Source: an archaeon (lineage in GTDB: Archaea > Iainarchaeota > Iainarchaeia > Iainarchaeales > CSSED10-239). From it: a stretch of DNA of 32,000 nt. The notes below the pieces were generated by a model, which was not told the DNA's origin, did no database searches, and worked only from the letters and a program-made list of their open reading frames with translations. Where the stretch lies: contig JBAYPN010000003.1 of NCBI GenBank assembly GCA_041677685.1, positions 1 to 32,000 on the forward strand. The letters run 5' to 3'. Numbering within the stretch: position 1 is the first letter of the stretch; each line of letters opens with the position of its first letter. This document shows positions 16,401 to 27,000 of the stretch, piece by piece. The position numbers were made by a program, and so were the translations under genes.

Positions 16401-19400
16401 AAACTTAGAAAAACCATCTCCAGCTTTTTGAGTAGAATAATCCCAAGGTGTCTTTTTTAAATTATTATTATATAGTTTCTTTGTGGAAGTAACATAAGAA
16501 TTATTTATATCTTCATTTACTTCAAAGAAAGGGTCGTCCATCCAAAGTTGGTCCTTAACATTTACCTTTAATGGCTTAGTAACTGAAGCTATTGCTCTAT
16601 CATTATTATCAAGAGCCTCTACCAACACTTCTAAAGTGTAAGCCCCAGGAACATCAGGTTTTTTCACACCAACAATTTTCTCTGTCTCTCCACTTCCAAA
16701 AGTTATTTCATTTTGCTGAGTACCACTAACATTTTCAAACTTCAATTCTTGACAACCATAGTTTGTGGCTTTGTTAGGACATAAGGTTACCTTAAATCTT
16801 CCACTTTCAGAACAACTGTTTCTAATTATTAGTTCCTTACTTCCAACCTCATTTCCTAATACCCCAGAATCAATAACAAACATTCCACCAGGACTAATCT
16901 CTTTATCATCACTATAAAAATCAAAACATTCAGAAATTTCTGTAATCTTAATCTCAGCTTCTAAAAGTTCTTCACCAGCACCATTATTAACATAAACAAG
17001 ACCTTCATCAGTCTCTATCTGTGCATTTAGGTAAACTTTAGTTTTAATTTCTCCAAACTTGGTTCCAGCAGCATTATAACTTAAAACTGCAGAATAGTCT
17101 CTGTCAGCCTCAACATCTTCAACAACACTCTTATAAATCCCTTCTGTAAGCCTAATACTCTCTTGTCCAATCATCAAATCATAATAACCATATCTATCCC
17201 CTGAGGAAACAATCTTTGCTCTTATGTTTTTAAGGGTAGCTACTTGTTCTGGGTTTTCTTTTAGTCTACAATTGTTTTTAATAACAAAGTTTATCTGTTG
17301 ACTTCCCCCACCATTAATAACACTCTTCCAAGGGTTAAAAAAGCCCTCAGCTATCAAGCAATTGTCTGAGTAAACACCACTACCCACAGATATCTTTGTT
17401 TTAATTGGAATATCAAAAGCATACCTAGAACTTCCTTTCCTTAAATAACCAGTAATCACACCATCTAAGATCTCAGTTTCTACAAGATTTTTTGCATCTT
17501 GAGAAGGTACAATCTTAATGCTTAGCTCGTGAGAGGAGTTTGCAGGGATTACAAGTTCTCCTGAAATTTGAGTATTTAAGTAGTTTAAAGTTTTTCCAAG
17601 TGCTAATAATGAAGAATATTTAAAATAAATATTTTCTGTTATAAAGTCATCTAATACAAGATCATAATTACTTTTATTATTGATTGTTATCTTTTCAACA
17701 GTTCCATCAAAATCATTTTTATGAACATTTACAAGTAATGGTGAATCTGTTGTTAAAAGAGAACCATTTTTTGTAACTGACACAACTTCCTCAACAATTG
17801 GAATTTCTAAGTCTTTAGCAACATATGATGATTTATGTGCCCTAATTACAATTATTTCTCCTAGGTTAACAGCTGGCATAAGGATGTTTACTTTCCCTTC
17901 AGAATCTGTTTTTAGTTTGCCAACAGATATTGCAAACATGTAATTGTTCATCTTTTGATAAACATCAATTGTTGCTCCTTCAACAGGATTTCCTGAAGCA
18001 TCTTTTACCTTTACTAGCATATCAAAGTTTATGTTTGGTAAAATATTTTTTGGCTCATAATCAATTGTCATGTCATAGATCTTGTTTGAAAGTAAGTTAA
18101 GACCAAGATCATAAATAACCTCTTGTTCAGAAACAATAGTGTGTAATAATTTTGTTTGTCCAACATATAATGGGTTAATCTCCAAATTAAAATTTGTTTC
18201 TGAAAATCCAGGGATGGTTGGTGCTGTTAGTTCCTCTCCATCAAATGGTATCTTAAAATTTTCTTCTCCATTATTTGAGTAACCTTGATCATTAAACACT
18301 CCTTCAATCTCATAACTTCTAATATTTACTTTTTCTGTTTTATAGTTTGAAAGATCTGTGTTTTTAATTATCATTCTTGCATTATCATAACTTATGGTTT
18401 TTGCATTCTTTAAAGAATATTCTAATTTATAGTCTGAATTTATTAACATTGGAATTTCTAGGTTGCTTGCAATATCATATCTAAGATCTTCTTTAACATC
18501 TAAAAACTGACCACTAAAACAAAATACCTCTGTACAAAGGTTTTCTGCCTCTATGTAATATTGATATTGTTGATAAGTGGAGATGTTAACTAAACTTCCA
18601 GAATTAGAGATGTATGATTTAAAGTAAACTGGGATCATGTCTCCAATTACAGCATTTCTTACTCTAACAGGAACTGACAACTCATACACTCCAGGGGTAA
18701 TATCACTCCACAAAAGATCAACTAACTTTGCTTCATTTCCAGAAGCTACAGATGTATCAAATGGATTGTTTGCATAATAAACAGGTACACCTAGGCTATT
18801 TACAATTGCCTTAATATAAACAATATCATCACTAACATTATTTTTAGAACCAACTCTGAAAACAAAACCCATTCTGTCTTTTGAGATTGGGGTCACAATT
18901 CTAAATTTAAAATAAAAGACTTCATTATTTTTTAAAGATTCAACCTTGCTTCCAGAGGTATTATAGACCCCCAGATAATCAGCTAATGGGACTTCTCCTG
19001 AATATTCTGTGTACAGAACAACTTGTTTACTAACACTTCCATCTTTCTTTAGCTCTATGATGTCTGTAAAGTATGGCATATAGCCTTCTTTGTTAACTTT
19101 TAAATAAATCTTCTTATCAGCCTTTAAAAGCTTAGAAAAAATCCCTGAGCTGTTTGAAAAATCTTTACCTATAAAGTTTCCATCAGAAGAAAAAATACTA
19201 ACTTCACAATCACTAACATTATCCCCATAGGAATTCTTGATCGCCAATTGAACAGTTGCTCTTCCAATCTCTACAGAAACCTCTAAGTTACTATCAACTG
19301 GAGGGGTGTGATTAAAGTCAGAGGAGTCTCCTTCCAAATAGTTCTTTTTAACTTTTAAAAAATAATTTCCAATTGGGATATCTTCAAACAAAACATCTCC

Positions 19401-20822
19401 ATTAACATCTGTTGTTTCAAAATTAAATCTAACATCAATATACCCAGTCACAGCATCATAGATTAAGACTTTTGCATTATTTACAACCAAACCATCTTCA
19501 TCATAAACATTTGCTTTTATTTTTGAAACATTACTTATAGTTTTCTTCTCTAAGTTAAAAGTGTAGGTGTTAAGTGTTTTAGTTACAACCTTTACTTGTG
19601 GAATGTAGCCATCAACAGAGGCTTTTAAAGAATATTCTTTATTAGCATCTATGTCAAAGGTAAAACCTTGAGTGTGTGCTCTAATATCAATTGTTTGATT
19701 ACCATCTTCTAACAAAGTTATTGTTGGGTTAATTAATGGGTCTGTAATTTCTAGACCACTCTCTAAGTCTAAAATTGTGGCTGTAATTGTTCTTAAAGTT
19801 ATCTCTTGATTGGTGTCAGGATCAATTATTGGTCCTCCACCTTCTACTTGTGTGTCTACCATATTAATTTCTAGATTAATAAGATCATCTTTAATTATTG
19901 TAAAATCAGAATTGTTTGATAAATATCTTCCGTTTGGATCATTTGCCACTGCCCTATATTCTCCAACAGGTAGGTCATTAAACTTAACACTTGCCCAATT
20001 TGTTTGTTGACTTCTAATTGGATTAACAAGATCATCTTTTTCAAAAAGATTGACAGTGATGTCATCTAAAAAGCTAATCCCACTTTTAATTGTTAACTTT
20101 ACATCTCCTAGATTTTCAGAAATATTTCTTTTAGAGACATTAACAACAGATTGATTTTCTGGAATTAAAGTTCCTTCAACAAAATAATTTAGACCTTCAA
20201 CTGTAGCATATAGGTTACCACAATCACTAGGAACATCAAAAGAATAGTTACCATTCTCAATGGTTACAGAGCTTGGAGTGATTAGTTCTCCATTCTCACA
20301 CCTAACCATAACCTTTAGTTCATCATTAATTACTTGTGTTGTTAAAGAGTCTATAAAGGATAATGTCTTTTTACTATAGTCAGGTAGATTAAAGATACTT
20401 AAGATTACTTTAAATTCTGGTTGGGTAAGATCAATCTTCTTTTCAAACAACTCATAGCCTTGCTTTTGGACAATCAACATGTAGTCTGAAGAGGAATCTA
20501 AAGTGACTACCTTTGAACCATTTGCTTCTGTAAAGTATGTTTTTTCAGAATTTGTGTATATGTTTTTTATAGAAAATTCTAAATTTGATAGAATAGAGCC
20601 GTTGTTGTCTGCAATCTTTATTGTAATATCATTAAAGCTTTGTTTGTTTGAAGATAGAAAGTCATGTGGAATTACAAAATATAAGATTACTAAAATTATT
20701 AAAATTAAGATAACAAAAGAAAAAAGTGGAAAAATCTTATCTAAGGGCTGTGTTATTTTTTTAATTGGAATTCTGTTATTTACCTTATCTAAAAAAGATT
20801 GCCATTTTTCTGAAAAACTCAT
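13425..20822 (-). CDS. Giant (2465 aa) membrane protein: N-terminal anchor, at least five CarboxypepD_reg/PEGA-like beta-sandwiches, Ig/CARDB-like middle module, internal TM hairpin, shared C-terminal module
   Basis: Uninterrupted 7.4-kb ORF. ATG with AGGTGA (plus 20832-20837) 9 nt upstream. N-terminal TM FPLFSFVILILIILVILYFVIP. Example domain: KANVYDEDGLVVNNAKVLIYD...TDVNGDVLFEDIPIGNYFLKVKK. Hydrophobic hairpin at aa 1505-1561. Confidence 0.95.
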   Translation of the reverse strand: MSFSEKWQSFLDKVNNRIPIKKITQPLDKIFPLFSFVILILIILVILYFVIPHDFLSSNKQSFNDITIKIADNNGSILSNLEFSIKNIYTNSEKTYFTEANGSKVVTLDSSSDYMLIVQKQGYELFEKKIDLTQPEFKVILSIFNLPDYSKKTLSFIDSLTTQVINDELKVMVRCENGELITPSSVTIENGNYSFDVPSDCGNLYATVEGLNYFVEGTLIPENQSVVNVSKRNISENLGDVKLTIKSGISFLDDITVNLFEKDDLVNPIRSQQTNWASVKFNDLPVGEYRAVANDPNGRYLSNNSDFTIIKDDLINLEINMVDTQVEGGGPIIDPDTNQEITLRTITATILDLESGLEITDPLINPTITLLEDGNQTIDIRAHTQGFTFDIDANKEYSLKASVDGYIPQVKVVTKTLNTYTFNLEKKTISNVSKIKANVYDEDGLVVNNAKVLIYDAVTGYIDVRFNFETTDVNGDVLFEDIPIGNYFLKVKKNYLEGDSSDFNHTPPVDSNLEVSVEIGRATVQLAIKNSYGDNVSDCEVSIFSSDGNFIGKDFSNSSGIFSKLLKADKKIYLKVNKEGYMPYFTDIIELKKDGSVSKQVVLYTEYSGEVPLADYLGVYNTSGSKVESLKNNEVFYFKFRIVTPISKDRMGFVFRVGSKNNVSDDIVYIKAIVNSLGVPVYYANNPFDTSVASGNEAKLVDLLWSDITPGVYELSVPVRVRNAVIGDMIPVYFKSYISNSGSLVNISTYQQYQYYIEAENLCTEVFCFSGQFLDVKEDLRYDIASNLEIPMLINSDYKLEYSLKNAKTISYDNARMIIKNTDLSNYKTEKVNIRSYEIEGVFNDQGYSNNGEENFKIPFDGEELTAPTIPGFSETNFNLEINPLYVGQTKLLHTIVSEQEVIYDLGLNLLSNKIYDMTIDYEPKNILPNINFDMLVKVKDASGNPVEGATIDVYQKMNNYMFAISVGKLKTDSEGKVNILMPAVNLGEIIVIRAHKSSYVAKDLEIPIVEEVVSVTKNGSLLTTDSPLLVNVHKNDFDGTVEKITINNKSNYDLVLDDFITENIYFKYSSLLALGKTLNYLNTQISGELVIPANSSHELSIKIVPSQDAKNLVETEILDGVITGYLRKGSSRYAFDIPIKTKISVGSGVYSDNCLIAEGFFNPWKSVINGGGSQQINFVIKNNCRLKENPEQVATLKNIRAKIVSSGDRYGYYDLMIGQESIRLTEGIYKSVVEDVEADRDYSAVLSYNAAGTKFGEIKTKVYLNAQIETDEGLVYVNNGAGEELLEAEIKITEISECFDFYSDDKEISPGGMFVIDSGVLGNEVGSKELIIRNSCSESGRFKVTLCPNKATNYGCQELKFENVSGTQQNEITFGSGETEKIVGVKKPDVPGAYTLEVLVEALDNNDRAIASVTKPLKVNVKDQLWMDDPFFEVNEDINNSYVTSTKKLYNNNLKKTPWDYSTQKAGDGFSKFMSDGFDSDSSIFAKMLFNEKENLVNANGPGFGSYLGTSIGAGAAATITVALLIGLKTIIVTGSIVPPFGWILAGTAAIAMLVTPIFISDYDIQESNRILDVSDEYTFSDFEQLKVINLNNYELEEEYLNIFDVTGARYTTYLNKYVNIKGKLAEDKTLNVVVPKCNYQNSVVEEQEYILDIINTSICSNLRVDEAGSNEDYTNFKIDCDGSIPRKKVNAEFNIYSICNSDETVWPEQAGIKPITFVIDNSAYDVIKNSSRLSQYKTYDFYPTLNDSLSQQDLAFKDSQRIGKYRVEFHLPKTEEKPNVDLNVYSCMTDSDKLGFTGPGAVPEVNLDWKWDLDNIYDCEDNYCDATQLTQVILNRIDKAKKFIEQRNVQCPKSNKQVADEALEGTYQYVAEEDGVTNEIPLGKVGISDVKFGTEDNQFIVHMSVENRTNDSRTGTVTATFENYPATKVEIYNHSTGEFDEQSIANSYDIITPSGEDNFSDIIFRFGSNTQKILDENISLSLNYTGNYSEYNSFSTEITLENYKAPETSGCKVPAMTLIYNGIDFIDMWFNANQYPENVTVNGGNGWSQEDISTLRNLLKFKAKLITDNYNINFKNDFDRTYGGKASIDSGAGVGEFALMSSPGMFNGQTDDGYLSKLFINNLNYSLKYSGNQEEVTILTPGLYDIDIDFIFGNDGWKMVNNNKVDLNSFVTFSYVKGPETSSAFYRLPFNGLVGYADTGYNRQGYGLAYSGNDDIIIGDASQVDQVRSYYDKGSNPFKYLNIEAVDNIFKINSEVGTRGNILKITSTEDIVNLIFSPSVATPVLMSVKNSKITPFEVYYKIMDNSNNTAVYGEETFTRWTGVGQGCDLSGEDIYSSFNNTFDHITLAGDPIKNGYKLEWPIVNYQGKVYLRSIIYTPYNKDYSINVQKQNGIDVSLDPSSFGSSGKASQIKSINNIFEKIKSREVCVTNSADGTVSEFWWNPEKIYDAQKHVEAPDDAFDCN
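16140..16310 (-). other. Internal Gly/Ala-rich double hydrophobic segment (predicted TM hairpin) within the 2465-aa protein
   Basis: aa 1505-1561: FGSYLGTSIGAGAAATITVALLIGLKTIIVTGSIVPPFGWILAGTAAIAMLVTPIFI. These are two ~20-residue apolar stretches separated by KT..PP. Confidence 0.7.
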
Positions 20823-20850
20823 GTTTTACTTTCACCTAAAAAAATAAATT

Positions 20851-20879
20851 AAAATTAAAAAGGACAAAAAGAACTGTCC
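20851..20879 (-). terminator. Weak hairpin (ggaca/tgtcc) followed by T tracts between the 1009-aa and 2465-aa genes
   Basis: Minus strand reads TGGACAGTTCTTTTTGTCC-TTTTTAATTTTAATTTATTTTTTT, then AGGTGA and ATG. The stem is only 5 bp, so the call is tentative. Confidence 0.3.
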
Positions 20880-20911
20880 AACAAATAATGTAATATTATA
20901 AGCTATAAATT

Positions 20912-23900
20912 CTAATCTTTGATACATCCACCTTTACTTTCAGCCCAAACATTCTGTTCCTCATACTCCATAGAGTTATTAAAGAACTTTTCAATAATTG
21001 CTTTTGGATTATAATATACTTCTAAGTTTGTTGCTGAATAGTTGATACATGCTTTTTTCTCAGCCACAAGATCATATATTTGTTTTAAAGATTTAATATC
21101 ATAACTTTGTCCAAACACATTCTTAAGTTCAATATCTTTACCGCTAATTTCTTGGTTTCCATTATATGTATAAAGCATCATGTCATCACTATATGAGTCT
21201 GCATACAATTGACTAATTCCTGTTCCTGTTGTAAAGTTACTTGGAGTGTAGAATATTGTTCTTAAAAATACATTTCCTTTTCTTATGATAATGTCTTCTG
21301 GCCATTCAACACCATAACTATATGTTTGGGATGGTGTGTGTGGTGCCAATTGGGAGTTTGTTGCTAAAAGATCAGGCTTATTTAAAAACATCTGCTGTAT
21401 TGGTACTCCTGTAAAGTCATTACATTCTCCAACCCCAGTCCACTTTGTAAGCTCTTGACCAGGATGTGCTGCAACTCCTCCTAAATTTTCTGGGTTTCCA
21501 ATACTTAGTTTATAGAAAGCATATGCATCATTTAGTTGATTGCCTACCTTTAAAACAACAGGGCTTGCTCTTGATGGCACAAATCTTAAATTTGGATTTC
21601 TATGTGCTGAATCTGTGTTGATTGACAATATCATTCCTCTTGTTTGGTTGTTGTTCATGATTGCAAAGTCTTCTGCTCTTACCCCATATTCTTTAACACT
21701 CAGAGTATTTACTGTGTTTGAGGAAGTAAATGGTTCTGATCTCATATTAATTTCATGATCTAAATCTATAACATCTCCAATATAATCTAAACCATAACCT
21801 TGTCTAGCATTTGGTGTAGTGATTCCTACAACTCCATCAAATGGCATATAATAAACTGGAGAATCCATTTCAGGACCAATTTCTTTTGTTAACTTAATTG
21901 TTATGTCTCCTACTAAGTTATGAGCATCATCAAAAAGTCTCCATTGATCATCATATTCAATATTAACTTGAACTTCATATCTTCCAGGACCTGATAGGGT
22001 TTTACCTTCATCAAATCCAATTTGGAATTTAAATTTATCAGGATGTATGAAATATTTATATAGATCATCTCCATTTCCTGTTGGATTATAATAGAAGTTT
22101 GAAACTCCCATAAATTGTGTTCTATAATATTCATCAAAGTCCATTCTAAAGTCATCTGAGTAACCATCATACATTAACAATGATCTAAAATTAACATAAA
22201 CATCATCTTTAAACTTAGGGTTTATTTTCTTTGAAAATAATTTAATATTTTGGCTTGTGTGATCTAGTGCACATTCAACAGCTGAGGTGTTAAACATATT
22301 CTTTAACTCATCATCTCCTTTTAGATTAGGAATTGTTTCTACAAAGTTAATTAACTTAGCAGTTACTTCATAATCAGTAGAGTCAGGCAAATAACCAACA
22401 ATAAATTCCTCTGTGCCTTCAAACACTCCATGTATTCTAATATCATCTGCTATTATATTTAAAGTTACAGTATTACTAATTGGGTCTGCTTTACTAGTTG
22501 AATTAAATTTAATTTCTAGTTGTGCAATTGTTTGATTTGGAGCTGCCCAAACATCAAATCCACCTTCTACTCTATAATCAACTAAAATTTTATTTATTCC
22601 ATCATAGCTTGAATCTAAAGAAGACACTCCAATGTTGTTAACATCTGTTATTATTGGTCTGTTAACTCCTGGTTGAGGACAAATAAATTGAGATTTGTTT
22701 TGTTCTACAAATTTATTAATTTCATTTATTTTTCTTAAAACCTCAATTGAGAATTGAGTAGCATCACAATAAATTCCTGATTTTGTTTTATCATTTGGAT
22801 TAACATCACACCATTCTACTCTATCAAGTTGATTACCATTAATTGCTGTAGAGGTGTTTGACTTGTCTGCAAAAGTCCAATCAAAGGCAACCTTTGGTAG
22901 TGTTTCTTGTCCAGTTGTTCCAATTGGAAGTCCTGATTCATCAAAACAATCTAATTGATCATAATTAAGAGTTGCATTTTCATCATTTGTCCAAGAATTA
23001 AATTGTAAATGGAAAATTTGGTAAATGTCTTTTACTGTTCTTGCATTTCTTATTTCTTCGTTTAATTTTTTATTATCAGAAACTTTATCTAAGCTTAATA
23101 GGTTTTTACCTGTTGAGAAAGGAGATAGTAAGAAGGTTAACCATTCTCCATCTAAAAGATCAGAGGTTTTAAGAGACACATTAATATTACCTTTGTATTC
23201 TGCTTTTTTATATTTAGCAACTAGGTATCTATATTCATAAGAATTTTGAATACTTTTGTTTGGGTCTTCAAACAACATTCCTCTTTTTTGTCCTTGTACA
23301 GAATTGTTATCAAGATTATATAATTGTTGAACTGTTGTTTCTTTTTCTAATCTAAAAGCTGGAGAAGTGTTTTCTTCATAAAGTGTGGATAGAGGTTGAG
23401 TTTTTATATATTCTATATCAAAAACATTTTTGTCTGTTAACACCATTGTGTCATATGGACCATCTGAACTATTAATACTTCTAGAATTATTTGTTGTTTC
23501 TTCTCTTTGCACACCTTGTATTCTGCCTTCATAAAGTTGGTCTCCATAATTTGCATAATCTGCAGAATTAAATTTATCTTTATCAATATAGTCTCTTTCA
23601 TCTTCAGAGATGTTAACTTTATCTTTGGTTACTGTAAAATCAATATCTTTGTTTAGATTTTTATAAGTATTAAAACCTGAAAAGGCTCCACCTAAAAGTC
23701 CATGAACAATTGGATTTAAACCAATTAATTTATTGATACCAGTTCCAAATAGATTGAAAAGAGAATCTAATGCTGAAGAACCTTGATTAATTGCACCTGC
23801 TGTATTTGTTAGATTCCCTAAAATATTAGTATTTTGTGTAGTTTCTTCATCACCATCTGCATAGACACCAAAACTAAACACTCCTACAACTATAACAAAC

Positions 23901-23941
23901 ACAAACAACAAACTTATAAGTTTCATATTTTCTCTTTTCAT
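20912..23941 (-). CDS. Secreted 1009-aa protein; paralog of the C-terminal half of the 2465-aa protein
   Basis: ATG with AGGTG (plus 23949-23953) 7 nt upstream. Signal peptide ...FSFGVYA|DG. Gly-rich amphipathic segment at aa ~41-95. aa ~330-1009 align motif by motif with the C-termini of the two giants. Confidence 0.95.
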   Translation of the reverse strand: MKRENMKLISLLFVFVIVVGVFSFGVYADGDEETTQNTNILGNLTNTAGAINQGSSALDSLFNLFGTGINKLIGLNPIVHGLLGGAFSGFNTYKNLNKDIDFTVTKDKVNISEDERDYIDKDKFNSADYANYGDQLYEGRIQGVQREETTNNSRSINSSDGPYDTMVLTDKNVFDIEYIKTQPLSTLYEENTSPAFRLEKETTVQQLYNLDNNSVQGQKRGMLFEDPNKSIQNSYEYRYLVAKYKKAEYKGNINVSLKTSDLLDGEWLTFLLSPFSTGKNLLSLDKVSDNKKLNEEIRNARTVKDIYQIFHLQFNSWTNDENATLNYDQLDCFDESGLPIGTTGQETLPKVAFDWTFADKSNTSTAINGNQLDRVEWCDVNPNDKTKSGIYCDATQFSIEVLRKINEINKFVEQNKSQFICPQPGVNRPIITDVNNIGVSSLDSSYDGINKILVDYRVEGGFDVWAAPNQTIAQLEIKFNSTSKADPISNTVTLNIIADDIRIHGVFEGTEEFIVGYLPDSTDYEVTAKLINFVETIPNLKGDDELKNMFNTSAVECALDHTSQNIKLFSKKINPKFKDDVYVNFRSLLMYDGYSDDFRMDFDEYYRTQFMGVSNFYYNPTGNGDDLYKYFIHPDKFKFQIGFDEGKTLSGPGRYEVQVNIEYDDQWRLFDDAHNLVGDITIKLTKEIGPEMDSPVYYMPFDGVVGITTPNARQGYGLDYIGDVIDLDHEINMRSEPFTSSNTVNTLSVKEYGVRAEDFAIMNNNQTRGMILSINTDSAHRNPNLRFVPSRASPVVLKVGNQLNDAYAFYKLSIGNPENLGGVAAHPGQELTKWTGVGECNDFTGVPIQQMFLNKPDLLATNSQLAPHTPSQTYSYGVEWPEDIIIRKGNVFLRTIFYTPSNFTTGTGISQLYADSYSDDMMLYTYNGNQEISGKDIELKNVFGQSYDIKSLKQIYDLVAEKKACINYSATNLEVYYNPKAIIEKFFNNSMEYEEQNVWAESKGGCIKD

Positions 23942-24026
23942 TTTATTACACCTTTCTACTAATATAATACCTTAAATACATTTTTAAATGTTTATTAATC
24001 TTATATTTTTCCTCTTTAATTTAATT

Positions 24027-27000
24027 TTAACATTTTTTTTGTACATCTGCACCTTTTAATATTATAAAATAATTATTTACCACAGTTATTAAATTTCTAA
24101 TCTGCAATCTTGAAGAATATTCTATTGTATCTAATTGTTCTATTTCTAAAAGTTTATCTTTAATACTATCTAAATTATTATTATACCTATTTAATTCAGA
24201 TTGAGTATACATATCACTATTCTCAAAAATTATATCAGAATAACAATTATATTTTATATTAATACTATATATTTTACTATCAATTAAATTTCTAATCTCC
24301 TTATTTATTACCAAATTTGTTTGTAAAATTTCAGATGTAAAAGAATTAAGTTCATTAATTAAAGAACTAAATGTTGTTGAATCTCCAAAATAAGAACTAG
24401 ACTTATCTTCTGCAAGCGAATATCTACCAAGATATCTATCATAATGATTATCAACAACAGGCAAATTATTATCTAAAATTTCAAAATGATAATTTTTATA
24501 TAAATTTAAATATGATGTTAGATCCAAAAAAGCTAATTGTATTGACTTAATATTTTTTTGATTTAAATCATTTAAAGTAGAAGTTAACCTACTAATATCA
24601 TCAATTACAAAATTATATATATCATTAATATTTGTGTATAATTCTAAACTAACATCATAACTTATATTTTCAAATGCTCTTTTGCTTTCTTGTAATCTAT
24701 TATCTATTTCTTGTACATGATTAGGTGTTACATTCCCCATACTATCATAAATATTTTTTAAATAATTAAATTGATTTATAGATTCAACATATTTACTATA
24801 GTAAGTTGTATATTGATCATAACTTAAAATACTATCTAAATTATTAGTAGTTTTTAGACTAATTATATTTTTATTATATCTAGATAGCTGATCAGAATAT
24901 TCTAAATAGTTATTAATAATTAAATCATCGGTGATCTTATCTCTTAAATTATTATCAAAATCGTTTAATAAGTTACTTATTTTTGAATATATAACAGTAT
25001 ATTTCTCTATATTAAAAATACTATTATTTGATAAATTTAAAGATATCAAATTATCTAAAATTTCTTTTTTACCAAATAAATTATCATACTCTAGTTCAGA
25101 CTTAGCATATAAATCTTGTAATATCTTTTTATTCTCTAACAAAACAGAATCATATTCTATTTTTAATTGCTTACAACTTTTTTCAACCAAATTTTTATAT
25201 TTAGTAATCTCCTTATATTTTTCATCATTTGAAATTGAAGTATCATTCACACTATTTTGTAAATTTAATAAATTTAATTTGCAATCATCAAGATTATCAA
25301 ATCTTGTATAAGTTCGGTCCTTTAAATTTGAAGCATTATTTTTAATACTAGAATAATAACTAATATCTTTTTCAGCAATACTAACTAAATTTAAAATATC
25401 ATTGTCAGTAATTCTACTAACACAATTTTGTGTATAAAGATTATTAAATAAGTTTACTTTGGAATTATTTAAAGTATTTAAAGTACTATATTTAGAACTA
25501 ACAGTTGTATATTCATCTTGTAATTGAGAAGAAATATTTAATAACTCTTCGATCTTATCCATACTTGACTTAATATAACCTAACTCTTTAGCAACTTCTT
25601 TAGCCAAATAAGCAAAACTCTCAGTATTTTGACTATCTAGATAATTTTCACAAACACTTTTCTTTTTTAAGCCTAAAAATCCTTTTGGTAAATCATTAAA
25701 TGATTCTATATCTTTATATTCATTAACAAAATCTTGAAGTTCATCTAATTTATCAGAAGTGTGTTTTAATTGATTTATTGTATTTGAAACCAACTCACCT
25801 TGTGTTTTCTTATAATCTATAATTTGCAAATAAAATTTATAAGTTGTATCAAAATTAGATTTTAGAATTGAAAAATCCTTTCCTGACTTTAGATTTGGAG
25901 CTTCAATTTTCAATTTATTTATTTGTGCATATTCTTCCATTCCTGAATCTAAGTTATTTTTTGCAGATTCTAAAAGAGTATTAGTTAAAGTATCTAAAGT
26001 TTCATTTGTTTTTAAATTTAAACTATTTCTATATTGATTTAATTCATCTATCTTATTTGTAATATCAGAATCATAATCGCTATTAAATTTAATAATAAAA
26101 TCAGGATTATAATTTTTTGTAAAATCTTCATAAATTGGTTTTAAATAATTTTTAAATGAAAGTAATTTATCAGAATTAAACAAACTTAAATCAGATTCTA
26201 AATTATCTGCTAAAGAACTATATTGTGTTACACCATCTCTTTTAAATAAACCTAAAACATACTCTGCATTTTCAATTGCAATTTTATAGTCATTATCTTC
26301 TACAATAGTATCAAAATGTAATTTGTTATATATATTTTTTTTAGTTGGATTATCTTTTATAATATCTTCTTCCATAACAGAAATTATAAACACTATCTTT
26401 TCATTTAGTTTTTCTAGTTCAGAATTTTTAGATCTTAAATTATAAGTTGTAATAGTATTTATTTCTGATTCTATTTCTGAAATTTCAGAAGTACAATTAT
26501 ATATATAATATAATAAAGCCTGTGAAAAATCTTTTTTTAAATTATTGTAAATTTCACATTTATTTTTAGTATCTTCTAATAATTTATTATAATTTTCTAA
26601 ATCTGAAGAATCAAGCACATCTTCAAACACATCTTTAAATTCTTCAAAATATTCAGAATGTGATATCAACTCAGAATAATTTTTTGAAAATTCTAAATAA
26701 TTTTTCAAATCTACCTTTTTTGAAGAAGAAATATAGTTTATATTTTCTTTTAAAGAAGTAATTTTACTTTGAATATCAAGTTTAGAATATCCTTTTATTA
26801 TATCACTAGAAAACTTTTCAGATAATATTTTCTCAACAACTACTATTTGTGTGTTTAACTCAGAACTTAATTCTTTTGCATTTCCTAAAATCAAACTAAT
26901 TTGAGAATCTAACATTAATTGATTACCATCAACCAAATTTTTTTTATCTGTTAAAGAAATATGACTTTTAGCAATTTGGTTGCTACCAATTAAGTTATTA

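Noticed and set aside
481-25311. Plus-strand ORFs in the supplied track: 481-666, 1267-1464, 4586-4867, 6673-6975, 7428-7616, 11764-11988, 12077-12304, 12867-13064, 19810-20010, 20503-20847, 21540-21758, 23025-23240 and 24931-25311.
   Set aside because: All lie antisense inside much longer, clearly genuine minus-strand genes, or overlap their ends. Several start at non-ATG codons (481 is TTG). Their products are low-complexity or hydrophobic shadows of the sense codons, and they have no SD or TATA context.
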